Positions 29,924 through 40,674 are shown, counted from the first letter of the stretch. The stretch: 64,000 nucleotides of DNA from Alphaproteobacteria bacterium (GCA_965228895.1 OZ245842.1:4448001-4512000); one strand, 5' to 3'. A program made the numbers and translations. Notes: a model not told the origin generated them from the sequence alone.

Positions 29924-30763
29924 TCAGTTCAGGCCGTGATCCGCCAGGAGATCGGGCCAAACGTCGACCCAGCAGCAGTTATGGGCCATGCCGTCAACGA
30001 CGACGATCTCCGTTTGGGCGTCATCCGGCATGCGCGCGAGGTAGGCTTCGGCGACAAGCGCCGGCACATTGGTGTCGTTGGCGCCGACGAAGTGGACCTG
30101 GGGCACCCGCGCGAGGTCGACGGCAACATCGGCGGCGTTCAAGGAATCCCTTAGGTGGGAGATGCCGTGAAACGAGGTCCACGTCTCGTGGTCCAGATTG
30201 GCCGCGACGGTGACGATCTGCGCGACATCATCGCGGTCGGCGGCGACAAGGGCAGCAATCACGCCGCCGCCGGAATAGCCGAACAAGCGGACCTGCCGGG
30301 TTTTGGTCCTCCTGACGAAGCCATCGATCATCAGGTCGATCGATGCCACGACCTCCGGCGCGTAACGCGCCATGAACCAGTAGTCCGGCGAACAGGCGGC
30401 GAGCGACTCGGCATCCAGAAACTGGCAGGGCCGCGCGATATACACGCGGTTGGGTGACGGATCGCGCACCGCCAGTTCGAACGTGCGCGGCACGCGCGGC
30501 GTCGGATCGGCGGGCGGTTGGGTCGGCGACGGCCATGCGGCGCCATCGCCGCCGATATAGACCGCAAGCGTCGGGTCCGTGGGATCACCGATCAGGCTAT
30601 AGGCGGTCAGCAAAAAGTCGCCGGCCTGCATCTGATGGTACTGCCAGCCATGGGTCTCGGCGAGCCGTGTTGCGGCGGTCCGTCCGTCATCGTCGGTCTC
30701 GGAGCATGACGGCGCGGCGAGCGCCAGGCAGACAAAAACAAGTTGTGCAAACAGACGGTTCAG
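29924..30763 (-). CDS. Alpha/beta hydrolase, probably exported; start uncertain (CTG 30763 or ATG 30631)
   Basis: VYIGGDG, IARPCQF, GYSGGG nucleophile, TVAANLDH, HNCCW. The upstream in-frame segment looks like a signal peptide. Confidence 0.75.
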   Translation of the reverse strand: MNRLFAQLVFVCLALAAPSCSETDDDGRTAATRLAETHGWQYHQMQAGDFLLTAYSLIGDPTDPTLAVYIGGDGAAWPSPTQPPADPTPRVPRTFELAVRDPSPNRVYIARPCQFLDAESLAACSPDYWFMARYAPEVVASIDLMIDGFVRRTKTRQVRLFGYSGGGVIAALVAADRDDVAQIVTVAANLDHETWTSFHGISHLRDSLNAADVAVDLARVPQVHFVGANDTNVPALVAEAYLARMPDDAQTEIVVVDGMAHNCCWVDVWPDLLADHGLN

Positions 30764-31695
30764 GATGCGCCCCGGGGCGGCACCACGCCGGTCGTCTCAA
30801 CGATCAGGCTGTAGTGCTCGGGCCGGCGATGGGCGGCGAAGTTGAAGACGCTGCTCTTGAGATAGTTGCCGGCGTCGAGATCGCAGTCAGTGACAATCAA
30901 CTCATCCTCCAGCGTCACCGCCTGGGCGGCGATCTCGCCGTTGGGCGAGACAATGGCGCTGCCGCCCATCAGATCGAAACCGTCCTCGCGACCCGCCTTG
31001 GCGATACAGGCGACCCAGGTGGCGTTCTGATAGGCGCCCGCCAGCATGGAGAGCGTGTTGTGATAGGCGCGCAGATGCGGTGGCTCGAAGACCTGGCCGT
31101 TCAGCGTCGGCGTGTTGTAGCCGATCATCACCAGCTCGACGCCCTGCAGGCCCAGCGCGCGGAAGGCTTCGGGCCAGCGGCGGTCGTTGCAGATCAGCAT
31201 GCCGAGCTTGCCGCCCATGACCTCCCAGACCGGGAAACCGAGATCACCAACCTCGAAGTAGCGTTTCTCCAGATGCTGGAAGTCACGATCGGCCTCGTAT
31301 TCCGCGTGTCCGGGCAGATGGATCTTGCGATACTTGGCGACGATCTCGCCCGCCTTATCGACCAGGATCGCCGTGTTGAACCGATGCTCACCGGCGATCT
31401 CCGCGTAACCCAAATGAAAGCCGATGCCGAGCTCCTTCGCCGTATCGAACAGTGGCTGGACATCGGCATTCGGCATGGTCGCTTCAAAGTTGGCATCGAT
31501 CTCGGCCGGGTCTTCGATCAGCCAGCGCGGAAAGAAGGTCGTCAACGCAAGCTCGGGGTAGACCACGAGGTCGCAACCGCGTCCCGCCGCCTGGCGCATC
31601 AGGTCGACCAGCCGCGCGACGGCGGAGGCTTTCGTCTCCGCGCGCTGGATCGGCCCAAGCTGCGCGCCGCCGACCGTCAGTACCCTGGATGCCAT
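30760..31695 (-). CDS. N-carbamoyl-D-amino acid hydrolase (nitrilase superfamily)
   Basis: AQLGPIQ, YPELALTTFFPRW, YRKIHLPGH, HLEKRYF, ICNDRRWPE, GYNTP. Confidence 0.93.
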   Translation of the reverse strand: MASRVLTVGGAQLGPIQRAETKASAVARLVDLMRQAAGRGCDLVVYPELALTTFFPRWLIEDPAEIDANFEATMPNADVQPLFDTAKELGIGFHLGYAEIAGEHRFNTAILVDKAGEIVAKYRKIHLPGHAEYEADRDFQHLEKRYFEVGDLGFPVWEVMGGKLGMLICNDRRWPEAFRALGLQGVELVMIGYNTPTLNGQVFEPPHLRAYHNTLSMLAGAYQNATWVACIAKAGREDGFDLMGGSAIVSPNGEIAAQAVTLEDELIVTDCDLDAGNYLKSSVFNFAAHRRPEHYSLIVETTGVVPPRGAS

Positions 31696-31707
31696 ACGAT
31701 CGTCTCC

Positions 31708-32370
31708 TTACTGACGCGCCGCCTGCACGGCGCCGATTGCCAATGATGTCGCGGCCTGGGTCGGGTCGATGACCGGGATGCCGAGGTCACGCTCCAAGTC
31801 CGCGCGATACTGCGCCATGCCGGCACAGCCCATGACCAGGACGTCGCAGCCATAGTCGTCGCGCAGTTCGCTGCCGACTTCTGTCATGCGTCCGCGAACC
31901 TTGTCGCTCTGGTGAAGCTCCGTTACGCCAAGCTCGATGGCGATATCGCCACCCAACCGGTCGAGCAGACCGAGCGACGCGATCTGGCGGCGGTGGCGCG
32001 TCACCGAGCGCGACAGGATCGAGATGACCCCAAACCGGTCGCCACGCGTCAACGCTGTCGCATAACCGCTCTCGCCGATGCCGAAGACCGGCACCCGGCT
32101 CGCCTCGCGCGCCGCATGAATGCCGGGATCGGAAAAACAGGCGATGACAAAGGCCGACGTCCGGTTCTGCTCGCGCTCAACGGTTGTCGTAATCGGCCCG
32201 GCGACCTCGGCAATATGTCGATCGGTCTCGATGCCGGGCGGGCCTTCGGCCAGGGTCATGCAGTCGACGACCGGGCCGTCCTCGAACCGCAACCCGTCGA
32301 GCGCCGCCGACATGCGCTGGGTGACGTCCTCGCTGCTGTTGGGATTGATGACCAGAATGCGTTCGCTCAT
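31708..32370 (-). CDS. Asp/Glu/hydantoin racemase
   Basis: ILVINPNS, IACFSDPG, MGCAGM, PVIDP. Confidence 0.92.
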   Translation of the reverse strand: MSERILVINPNSSEDVTQRMSAALDGLRFEDGPVVDCMTLAEGPPGIETDRHIAEVAGPITTTVEREQNRTSAFVIACFSDPGIHAAREASRVPVFGIGESGYATALTRGDRFGVISILSRSVTRHRRQIASLGLLDRLGGDIAIELGVTELHQSDKVRGRMTEVGSELRDDYGCDVLVMGCAGMAQYRADLERDLGIPVIDPTQAATSLAIGAVQAARQ

Positions 32371-32377
32371 GGTGACC

Positions 32378-33718
32378 TCACGACGGCCGGACAAAGCGGC
32401 CGGTTCCGGCGGGTGCCGTCATGGCCTCGCCGTCGAAGACCTTGGTGCCGCGCACCCAGACATCGCCAACCCGGAAACCGAGCTCACGGCCATGATAAGG
32501 CGTCCAGGGCGCCAACTCACAATGAAGCTTGTTTTCGTCCACCTTATGGCGCTCACGCCGCAGAATGGCGAAGTCGGCGTCAGCGCCGATCCTTATCGTA
32601 CCCTTTTGCGGATAAAGACCGAAGTGGCGCGCCGGCGCTTCGCACAGCATGTCGGCGACCACACTCACATCGTGGCCGCGCCTGATCATCGCCTCATCGG
32701 CCATGACCGGAAACAGACACTCGATACCGGGCGCGCCGGGCGCAGCCTGGAAGATGTCGTCATCCGGCTTGCGCGCAAGCGGCCACGAGCAGTGGTCCGA
32801 CGAGACGAAGGCGACCTCACCGTCCAGGATCTTCTGCCAGATCAAGTCTTTCTGGTCAGGCCGGATCGGCGGGTTCACCTTGCCGCGCGCGCCCATCTCG
32901 ATCACGTCGGCCTCGTCGAAAATCAGATAGTGCAGACAGGTTTCGGCCGTCGCGCGGTAACCCTGGTCGCGGTAGCTGCGCGCCATGTCGAAGCCGCGCG
33001 CCAGCGACGAGTGCACGATATGCGCACGCGCACCGGTCGCCGCGCCGATTTCCAGGATGATGCTGTTGGCCAGCAGTTCCGACAGCGGCGGCCGCGACGG
33101 ATGGTGTTCGTTCGCGCCCTGCTTACCGGCTTCCTTGAACCGCGCAATCGCATCGTCGACGATTTCCTGATCTTCGTTGTGCACGGCAACGGTCAGGCCG
33201 GTCTCGGCGATGGCGGCGAAGGCGCGCTCCATCTGGTGATGGGGAATGCGCGGGAAACGTTCGCTGGCGTGATAGGTCGACATCTTGAAGGCGCAGGCGC
33301 CGGCGTCTGTCTGGCGTGCAATCTCGTCGGTGTCGACATCCGGCTTTACGCCGCCATAAATCGCGACGTCGCAATAGGCGACCTTGTCTGCCGTCACCGC
33401 CTTTTCTGCCAACAGCGCGCCCGTCGTCACGGGGTCGGGCGAATCGAACGGCATGTCGACGATGGTCGTGACACCACCCGCCGCCGCGCTGCGCGTGAGA
33501 TCTTCCAATCCACCGAAACCGGCGATCGACCCGGCATGGGTTTGACCGTCTACAATGCCGGGAAAGACCAGACCGTCGGCGGTGACGTGTTCGGCGGCGT
33601 CCGGCACTTCGCCTTCGCCGATCGCGGCGACCTTGCCGTCGGTCACGGCCACCCAGCCGTTTTCCTTGACGCCATCGGGCAGCACGAGATCGCCCGCGAT
33701 GACCAAGTCGAACCTCAT
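32378..33718 (-). CDS. Dihydroorotase/allantoinase-like cyclic amidohydrolase
   Basis: PGIVDGQTH, AAAGGVTTIVDMP, VHNED, ETCLHYL, KVNPPIR, SSDH, KGTIRIGADADF. Confidence 0.88.
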   Translation of the reverse strand: MRFDLVIAGDLVLPDGVKENGWVAVTDGKVAAIGEGEVPDAAEHVTADGLVFPGIVDGQTHAGSIAGFGGLEDLTRSAAAGGVTTIVDMPFDSPDPVTTGALLAEKAVTADKVAYCDVAIYGGVKPDVDTDEIARQTDAGACAFKMSTYHASERFPRIPHHQMERAFAAIAETGLTVAVHNEDQEIVDDAIARFKEAGKQGANEHHPSRPPLSELLANSIILEIGAATGARAHIVHSSLARGFDMARSYRDQGYRATAETCLHYLIFDEADVIEMGARGKVNPPIRPDQKDLIWQKILDGEVAFVSSDHCSWPLARKPDDDIFQAAPGAPGIECLFPVMADEAMIRRGHDVSVVADMLCEAPARHFGLYPQKGTIRIGADADFAILRRERHKVDENKLHCELAPWTPYHGRELGFRVGDVWVRGTKVFDGEAMTAPAGTGRFVRPS

Positions 33719-33787
33719 GGGTCTCTCCTCCAATCGAACATCAGCCTAACAGGTCTTCGCCCGCTTCGGCATCAACGGCACGTCACA

Positions 33788-35293
33788 CTAGGACGGCGGC
33801 ACCATGCGTTGAACATGATAGGGCCGGCTTGAGAAACAAATGCAGTGATCGGCAACCAGCGGCTCAAGTGCGCGCACCAGCTCCCTGCGTTCCGCCGTCA
33901 CCGCGTTCAGCCGTTCCATGGCGCGCTCGACATCACGCTTCAGTTTCTCTTCATCGATCGTCGTGAAACGCCGATCCCGATAGACGAACCTGCCGCCCAC
34001 CATGACCGACTCGACGGCGCCGCCGTCATCGGCATAGACGATCTGATTGACCGGATCGTTCAGCGGCACATAGGTGATGTCGGCGAGGTCCAGGAACACG
34101 ATATCGGCGGCAAAACCTGTTTCCAGCCGTCCGGTAAAGTCCTCCATGCCGATGGTCCGCGCGCTGCCGGCGGTTGCCATGGTCAGCGCTTCGGCCGATG
34201 ACACCCACTCTCTGAGATCGTGGGTCATCGCGCGCGACACATAAGCGGCCAAACGCGTCGCCTCGAACATGTTCTGGTTATCCGATGAATTCGAACCATC
34301 GGTGCCAATGCCGACATTGACGCCGGCGTCGATCATCTCGCGCACCGCGGCGATGCCCGAACCCAGCCGCAGGTTACTGCCGGGATTGTGGGCGACAGAC
34401 GCGCTGCGGTCGGCCATGCGTTTCATGTCGTCGCCATCGAGCCAGACACCGTGGCCGGCGGTGAACCGTTCGGTCACAAGGCCGAGGTCATCGAAATGGG
34501 CAAGCAGCGTCTTGCCATAGTGTTCGTGACCGGCGAGCGCCTGGAGTTTCGACTCCGCCATGTGCGTATGCACGGGACAGGCGAACTCGTCGGCGAGATT
34601 CTTGCAGGCGACAAGAAAGTCGTCGGTGCAGTGCATGGGAATGGTCGGCGCGATACCGAAGCGCAGGCGGTCGGTGTCGAACGGCCACGATTTCAGCAGA
34701 TCGCGACAGGCATCGATGGCCGACTGGAATGGATCGAGCGCGAGTTTGTCGACGTCCTTGCGTAGGCCGGGCGGCAAGCTGTCGCGCAAGCCGGGAACGA
34801 TATCGTAGAACGACAGGTCGGCCATCATCGGCGTGATCAAGGCGCGCATGCCGATGTCGTCATAGGCGCGCGCCACCGCGTGCATGCCGTCGACCGTCGG
34901 CCGGGGCTGCTCCCAGGTCAGATCGTAGACGCCGGTCGCGCCGCGCCGGATCATGTCGGCGGCGTTCAGCAGCGTCGCCAGATAGCGGTCCTCATCGTTG
35001 CGCCCGCCGCTGATCCACGGCCCCGCGTTCAACAGCAGCTCCAGGGACCACTGGTCGCCGCGCCCTTTGCCGAACGCGCCGTGTCCATGGGTGTGCGCGT
35101 TGATCATGCCGGGCATCATCAACGTGCCGTCGACGCGATACTCTTCGGCGTCGTCGGGCACGGCCATGCCGGGATCACCGATGGCGGCAATACGCCCGTC
35201 GGTGCCGATCAAGAGATCGCGCAACGGCGCGGCGTGACCGTCGATATCTAAAAGTCGGCCGCCGCGCAGGACGAGAGGTCGTTCGAGACTCAT
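33788..35293 (-). CDS. Amidohydrolase (AtzA/cytosine deaminase-like)
   Basis: PGMINAHTH, HTHMAES, GHGVWL, HNPGSNLRLGSG, GIGTDG. Confidence 0.9.
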   Translation of the reverse strand: MSLERPLVLRGGRLLDIDGHAAPLRDLLIGTDGRIAAIGDPGMAVPDDAEEYRVDGTLMMPGMINAHTHGHGAFGKGRGDQWSLELLLNAGPWISGGRNDEDRYLATLLNAADMIRRGATGVYDLTWEQPRPTVDGMHAVARAYDDIGMRALITPMMADLSFYDIVPGLRDSLPPGLRKDVDKLALDPFQSAIDACRDLLKSWPFDTDRLRFGIAPTIPMHCTDDFLVACKNLADEFACPVHTHMAESKLQALAGHEHYGKTLLAHFDDLGLVTERFTAGHGVWLDGDDMKRMADRSASVAHNPGSNLRLGSGIAAVREMIDAGVNVGIGTDGSNSSDNQNMFEATRLAAYVSRAMTHDLREWVSSAEALTMATAGSARTIGMEDFTGRLETGFAADIVFLDLADITYVPLNDPVNQIVYADDGGAVESVMVGGRFVYRDRRFTTIDEEKLKRDVERAMERLNAVTAERRELVRALEPLVADHCICFSSRPYHVQRMVPPS

Positions 35294-35297
35294 GTCT

Positions 35298-36233
35298 TCA
35301 TCCCGCCTGGATCACCTGGTTCAGATAGTCTTCCCAGGTGTCGTTGGGTTCCCAGCCCAGCGCCTCGCGCGTTGATGCGATGTCATAAGCACTGGCGCGC
35401 GGGTCGTTGGCATAGATCGCGGGATGTTTGAGATCAGGCACCACGCCGCAGCCGCGCTCCACCGCCTCGACCGTCGGCAGACCGGTACAGGTATCGCTGG
35501 ACGTGACGAAGTAGACGCCATAACACAGACCCGGCGCGGCGAGCGCGGCGCGAAACGCGCGCGCGACATCACTGGGCGAGACGAACGCGCGGGTCGGCGA
35601 CAATCCTTCGCGCAGTTCCCGCCAAGCCGCACCCGATGCCGGCGGCGGCGGTTCAAGATTGTCGGTTTCGGCTGCGATTTCGGCCATGCTGTAGACGATA
35701 TCGGCTTGCGCCACGAGACAGGGGCGCAGGCAGACCACCTCCAGCTTGCCGCGCTTGACGATCCCCTGCGCCAGCAGTTCGATCGTGCGTTTACTGAGGC
35801 CATAGGCGCCGGTCGGCACCGCCGGATGTGCGATGTCGACCGGCAGATAGGCCGGCGGGTTGTCCGACGACAAGCCGACGGCGGCAGTACTGGAGCAGAT
35901 CACCGCGCGCTCCAGGCCCAGTTCTTCGGCGGCCTGCAGCACGTTCCAGGTGCCCTGAATGTTGACCTTGATGTAGTCCTCTTCGTTGTCGGCAACACCG
36001 TCGTCCAGCGCGGCCAGATGGACCACCGCCTGCTGGCCTTTAAGCGCCTCGGTAACGGCGCCAATGTCGAGCACATCGACGTTCGCATATGCTAAGCCTT
36101 CGTCGGCGGGCGGCGCGATATCCATCACCAGGACTTCGGCGTCGCGCGCGAGCTCCCGGACGACAAAACGGCCCAGCAGCCCGCTGCCACCGGTGACGCA
36201 AACCCGGTCGAACGGCAGTGTTGGATTAGACAA
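35298..36233 (-). CDS. NAD-dependent epimerase/dehydratase (extended SDR)
   Basis: VTGGSGLLG, VVHLAA, NIQGTWNVL, YGLSK. TTG start overlapping the Rieske gene stop. Confidence 0.88.
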   Translation of the reverse strand: MSNPTLPFDRVCVTGGSGLLGRFVVRELARDAEVLVMDIAPPADEGLAYANVDVLDIGAVTEALKGQQAVVHLAALDDGVADNEEDYIKVNIQGTWNVLQAAEELGLERAVICSSTAAVGLSSDNPPAYLPVDIAHPAVPTGAYGLSKRTIELLAQGIVKRGKLEVVCLRPCLVAQADIVYSMAEIAAETDNLEPPPPASGAAWRELREGLSPTRAFVSPSDVARAFRAALAAPGLCYGVYFVTSSDTCTGLPTVEAVERGCGVVPDLKHPAIYANDPRASAYDIASTREALGWEPNDTWEDYLNQVIQAG

Positions 36234-37341
36234 GCTCCAGCTCCTCGGCGACACGACGGCGAAAGCGCGCCTGCGAGACCTCCCAGCGTGGCGCCGGCGC
36301 GGGCAAGCCGCGCGCGGCCGGCGAATGCATGGCGGCCTGCAGATCGGCCAACACGTCAAAATCCTGCCGGTTGATCGTATCCCATGCCTGGTGGGACATG
36401 CGCCGCCCTTCCTCCAGATCCGGGTTATCAGCATCATCGCCCAGATAATAGAAACTCAACAGCTCGCGCGTGCGTGTCGGCGACACCGGTTCGACCCGAA
36501 AGAACATGACATGCTCCGGCATGAACTCCAGCAGCGTGTTGGGGAACAGCATCGAGATGTCCTGGCTCAAAAGCTGGTCGCCCTCGAAACCTGGAAACGT
36601 ATGGAAGCCGGTATCGCCCTTGTTCTTGTCGGCGGCACCGGAGAGATAGTGGATTCCGATCACCCGGCCTTGTTCATCGATGTCCTCAAAATTCTGCGCC
36701 GCCTCGAGCGGGCCGAGCTGGGTATGGATGAACGGCAGATGATAGGTGTCCAGGTAGTTTTCGATGATCAGTTTCCAGTTGACCTCGAGGTCATAGGAAA
36801 GTGCGCCGCCAAAACGCAGAAGCGAAAGATCGGCGTGCGCCCAACGCCGGGCCAACGGCGCGATGTGCTGCTCGAAGTCAGGACCGTCGTCATCGAGGCA
36901 CAGGAAGATCTGGTCGCACCACACCGCCGAGCGTACCGGTCTCAGGCCGAACGAACCCTTGTCGAAACTTTCCGGTCCGGTCCCGTCCTTGGGGTCCCAA
37001 TAGGGAGTCGAGCGAAGCTCGCCGTCCAGACTGTAGGCCCAGCCGTGATAGGGGCATGTCATCACCGCCTTGGTGTTGCAGGCTTCGCGCACCAGCCGTG
37101 CGCCGCGATGCCGGCAGATATTGTGAAACGCCGCGATATCGCCCGATCGCTGACGCACCAGGATCAGGGGCAGACCGGCCAGGGTGACCGGATGGCAATC
37201 GCCGGCCGCGGGCAACTGATGGCCGCTCGCCACGTGAATCCAGGACTTCGAGAACAGCTTTTCGTCCTCCAAGGCAGCGAAGTCGTCACCGCAATAGGCG
37301 TCGAGCGGCAGTTCGACCGGCCGAAAATTGAGTGTCGTCAC
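36226..37341 (-). CDS. Rieske oxygenase alpha subunit (choline monooxygenase-like)
   Basis: NICRHRG...CPYHGWAY; NWKLIIENYLDTYHLPFIH. Start GTG 37341 or ATG 37407. Confidence 0.9.
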   Translation of the reverse strand: MTTLNFRPVELPLDAYCGDDFAALEDEKLFSKSWIHVASGHQLPAAGDCHPVTLAGLPLILVRQRSGDIAAFHNICRHRGARLVREACNTKAVMTCPYHGWAYSLDGELRSTPYWDPKDGTGPESFDKGSFGLRPVRSAVWCDQIFLCLDDDGPDFEQHIAPLARRWAHADLSLLRFGGALSYDLEVNWKLIIENYLDTYHLPFIHTQLGPLEAAQNFEDIDEQGRVIGIHYLSGAADKNKGDTGFHTFPGFEGDQLLSQDISMLFPNTLLEFMPEHVMFFRVEPVSPTRTRELLSFYYLGDDADNPDLEEGRRMSHQAWDTINRQDFDVLADLQAAMHSPAARGLPAPAPRWEVSQARFRRRVAEELELV

Positions 37342-37516
37342 CTCAGCGTCCTCTAGCAGCGGCAAGGAATGTGCCGCGTGGTTCGTTAAGCCCAGCTTTT
37401 GTGTCAAACTGTGTCATTCGTCGAATTCAGCAGCATGTCTCCGGCTCGGACGGTCATCAACTAAGAACTTCCACATGGATCATGTAGAAAAACTGAATAA
37501 ATACGAAGGTCGGCGG

Positions 37517-38431
37517 ATGCCGTCGCTGAACGCGCTGCGCGCGTTCGAGGCGGCCGCCCGCCATCTCAGCGTCGCCCGGGCTGCCGACGAGCTGCGCGTC
37601 ACGCCGCCGGCCATCAGCGGCCAGATCAGGAGCCTGGAAGCCTATCTGGGTATCCCGCTCTTCGTCCGCGCCAACCGGCGCCTGGCGTTGACCGAAGCCG
37701 GCCGCGCCGCCCTGCCCCGGCTGAGCGACGGTTTCGACGCCTTGGCCGAGGCCGTCCGCCTGGCGCGCGCCCATGGCCGCGATCGACCCGGCGAGGATCG
37801 CCAGCGCCTGACCGTCACCATCCCGCCATCGCTCGCCACCCGATGGCTGGTGCCGCGTCTGGAGTCGTTTGCCGGTGCGTATCCCGAGATCGATGTGCGG
37901 CTGGATGCCACCATGGCCCTGCTCGACCCCGACGATGTCGAGGTCGATGTTGCCATCCGCTACGGCCCGGGCGGCTACACGGGATTGGCGTGCGAACGCC
38001 TGTTGGAGGAATGGACGGTCGCGGTGTGCAGCCCATCGGTCGCAACCCGCCTTACGTCACCCGACGACCTCAACGATGTGACGCTGCTGCACGTACACGA
38101 CACCGTCCATGGACGGGACGGCGCACCGGACTGGCGGCGCGGGCTGGAGATCCTTGGCGTGAACGACCGCGACCCGGACCGTGGGCCGACATTCAGCCTG
38201 CAGGGCCTCGCCGCCCAGGCTGCCATCGAAGGACAGGGTATTGCCCTGTTGGGTCATGCGGTCGTCGATCTTGATTTGCGCGCCGGTCGCCTGGTGGAGC
38301 CGTTTGCCACGCGCTTTCCGGTCGACCACGCGATCTGGTTCCTGTGCCGGCCGGAACGGCGCGACCAAAGCCCGGTCGCCGAGTTCCGGCAATGGTTGTT
38401 CGACGCGGTCGCGCGGGATAATCCGGCCTAG
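37517..38431 (+). CDS. LysR-family regulator (GcvA-like)
   Basis: PSLNALRAFEAAARHLS..RAADEL.VT..AIS.QIRSLE..LG..LF.R; WLVPRL; DVAIRYG.G. Divergent from the Rieske cluster. Confidence 0.92.
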   Translation: MPSLNALRAFEAAARHLSVARAADELRVTPPAISGQIRSLEAYLGIPLFVRANRRLALTEAGRAALPRLSDGFDALAEAVRLARAHGRDRPGEDRQRLTVTIPPSLATRWLVPRLESFAGAYPEIDVRLDATMALLDPDDVEVDVAIRYGPGGYTGLACERLLEEWTVAVCSPSVATRLTSPDDLNDVTLLHVHDTVHGRDGAPDWRRGLEILGVNDRDPDRGPTFSLQGLAAQAAIEGQGIALLGHAVVDLDLRAGRLVEPFATRFPVDHAIWFLCRPERRDQSPVAEFRQWLFDAVARDNPA

Positions 38432-40518
38432 CCTGCCTTACGCGGCACAACGACCGCGTCGACCGCCATGGTTTTCTCCGGCCCAGCGATCAACGGATTG
38501 ACGTCGAGTTCGGCGATCAAGTCGCCATAGGCCATCGCCAGGCGCGACAGCGCGGTCAGGCTGTGGCTCAGCCAGTCCAGTTCTACCGGCGGCGCGCCGC
38601 GGACACCGGCCAGCAGGCGGCTCACCTTCAGCCGGGCGAGCGCGCGTTTGGCATCGGCCATGTCGAAGGGCGGCAGCAGGAAGACGCGGTCTTCCATCAC
38701 CTCGATCAGCACGCCGCCGGCGGCGACCATGACCAGCGGCCCGAACTGCGTGTCGTTCACAATGCCAGCAGCAAGCTCGACGCCCTGAGGCGCCATTTCG
38801 GCGATCAGCACGCGCTCGCCAAGCCGGCCCGCTAGGTCGTCATAGGTCCGGCCGACCGCCTCGTCGCCTTCGACGTTCAGCCGGATGCCGTCGACCTCGG
38901 TCTTGTGCAGGATGCCCGGCGCCGCCGTCTTCATCGCCAGCGCGCCGCCGATGTCTTGGGCAAAACGAAGGGCTTCGTCGCGGTTGTAGGCAATCCGGCG
39001 TTGGGGCGCGCCCATGCCGAACGTCGCGACCAACGCCAGCGCTTCGTCCTCGTCAAACGGCTCGCCGGTTTTCAGGCGCTTGCGCCAATGTTGGATGCGG
39101 TCCTTGCCAACCGTGTAGTGGTCGACCTGGGGTTCGGCTTGAAGCCTATCGCGGTAGTCCATCGCATGGCGCACGGCCTTCAAAAACGTGTGCGAACCGT
39201 CAAAGATCGGGATGCCGGCGTCAGCCGCGGCGTCGAGGATCGCTTTGGGCGGTGTCCGGCTCCAATGCTGGCAGATGCCGACCGGCTTTGTCGTGTTGTC
39301 GTGCACGCTTTTGCAGATATCGACCATTTCGCCGGTCAACGTGTCGGTCATGCCAAGGTCGGAGAACATCATGGCGATCGCCGTATCCGGGTCGTCGATC
39401 AGCGCCTGAAGACAACCGCCAAAGACCTTGTCCCAGTCCTTGCCCGTGCCCCAGCAGTCGGTCGGATTGACCGGATCCAGGCCGTACTCGAGCAAGCCTG
39501 CGAGCTTGTCGGTCGTTGTCTCGTTGACATCGGAAAACGGCACGCCTTCCCGGTCAGCGAGATCGATCAGCATGCCCCGCGCACCGCCGGAATCCATCGT
39601 GCCGGCCAAGCCGCCAGCCGCCAACGAACGGTCGAGGGAGAGCAGCTGGGCGGTCGCCGCCAACTCGTCGAAACTCTCGACCCGCAGGACTCCATAGTGA
39701 TCGAACACTGCTTCATAGGCGGCGTCGTTGCCGGCCATCGCGCCCGAGTGGCTCTGCGCCAGGATGGCGCTCTTTTCCGTCCGCCCGACCTTGAGCGTGA
39801 CGACGGGAATGCCGCGATCCCGCGCCTTGCCGAGCGCCGCGCAAAAGCCTTCGGGGTCTCTGACAGTCTCCAGAAACAGCATGATGACGCGGGTCGACTC
39901 AAGCTCGAGCGCGTAGTCGATGTAGTCGGCGGCCGTCACCGTCATTTCCTGGCCGGCCGAGACCACGAGGTTGTAGCGCTTGCGCGGGTCGACGAACTGG
40001 AGAGTCAGGAAGGCAACGCCGGAATGGGTGATGAACGTCGCCGAGCCGGGATCCGGCCACTCGTTCATCATCGTCCAGGTCGCGCGCATGCCCGATGTCC
40101 GGTTCACAACACCCATGCAGTTGGCGCCGCAGATCTTCAGGTCCGCCTCGCGTGCCATATCGGTCACCCGCTGCTTCAGCTTCGGTTCGCCCGTATCGCC
40201 TTCCAGGTAACAACTGGCGAAGATCGTCGCTGCTCCAACACCGGCCTTGATCGCCTCACCGATTTGCTCCTCAAGGCGATCGTTGGCGATCGAGATGACC
40301 GCGTGATCGACCGGTTCGGGAACCTCCGACAGGCGCGGGAAACAGGCGTGACCGTCGATCTCGTCGTGATTGGGATTGACCGCGTAGACGGTGCCGGTGA
40401 ACTCAGGATTGGCGGCGTTGCGCAGGGTCCAAAGACCGAACGAGTCTTCGCGCGTGGAAGCGCCGACGACCGCCATCGTCTTGGGTTCAAGCAGAGGAGA
40501 CAGGGGGTGTTTGCTCAT
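38428..40518 (-). CDS. Acetate--CoA ligase (ADP-forming) family, fused alpha/beta
   Basis: AVVGAS, GANCMG, LKVGRT...[39 protein letters not shown]. Confidence 0.9.
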   Translation of the reverse strand: MSKHPLSPLLEPKTMAVVGASTREDSFGLWTLRNAANPEFTGTVYAVNPNHDEIDGHACFPRLSEVPEPVDHAVISIANDRLEEQIGEAIKAGVGAATIFASCYLEGDTGEPKLKQRVTDMAREADLKICGANCMGVVNRTSGMRATWTMMNEWPDPGSATFITHSGVAFLTLQFVDPRKRYNLVVSAGQEMTVTAADYIDYALELESTRVIMLFLETVRDPEGFCAALGKARDRGIPVVTLKVGRTEKSAILAQSHSGAMAGNDAAYEAVFDHYGVLRVESFDELAATAQLLSLDRSLAAGGLAGTMDSGGARGMLIDLADREGVPFSDVNETTTDKLAGLLEYGLDPVNPTDCWGTGKDWDKVFGGCLQALIDDPDTAIAMMFSDLGMTDTLTGEMVDICKSVHDNTTKPVGICQHWSRTPPKAILDAAADAGIPIFDGSHTFLKAVRHAMDYRDRLQAEPQVDHYTVGKDRIQHWRKRLKTGEPFDEDEALALVATFGMGAPQRRIAYNRDEALRFAQDIGGALAMKTAAPGILHKTEVDGIRLNVEGDEAVGRTYDDLAGRLGERVLIAEMAPQGVELAAGIVNDTQFGPLVMVAAGGVLIEVMEDRVFLLPPFDMADAKRALARLKVSRLLAGVRGAPPVELDWLSHSLTALSRLAMAYGDLIAELDVNPLIAGPEKTMAVDAVVVPRKAG

Positions 40519-40674
40519 GACGGCGGCGAGACTAGCACCGGAAACTCGGCCCGCCACCCCGATCTTCGCCCGCCGATGCCGTCATCACTTCCCGATGATC
40601 ATGCATGCGCGGTCTTTCGGCGTGAACACGGTCGGGCTAGACTGATTTCAGCGACACCGTGTGTGGAGCGCGCA

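Noticed and set aside
38905-40674. 1054 aa ORF suggesting a giant SelA fusion
   Set aside because: The first ~590 codons are the antisense shadow of the acetate--CoA ligase; SelA homology and an RBS begin at TTG 40675.
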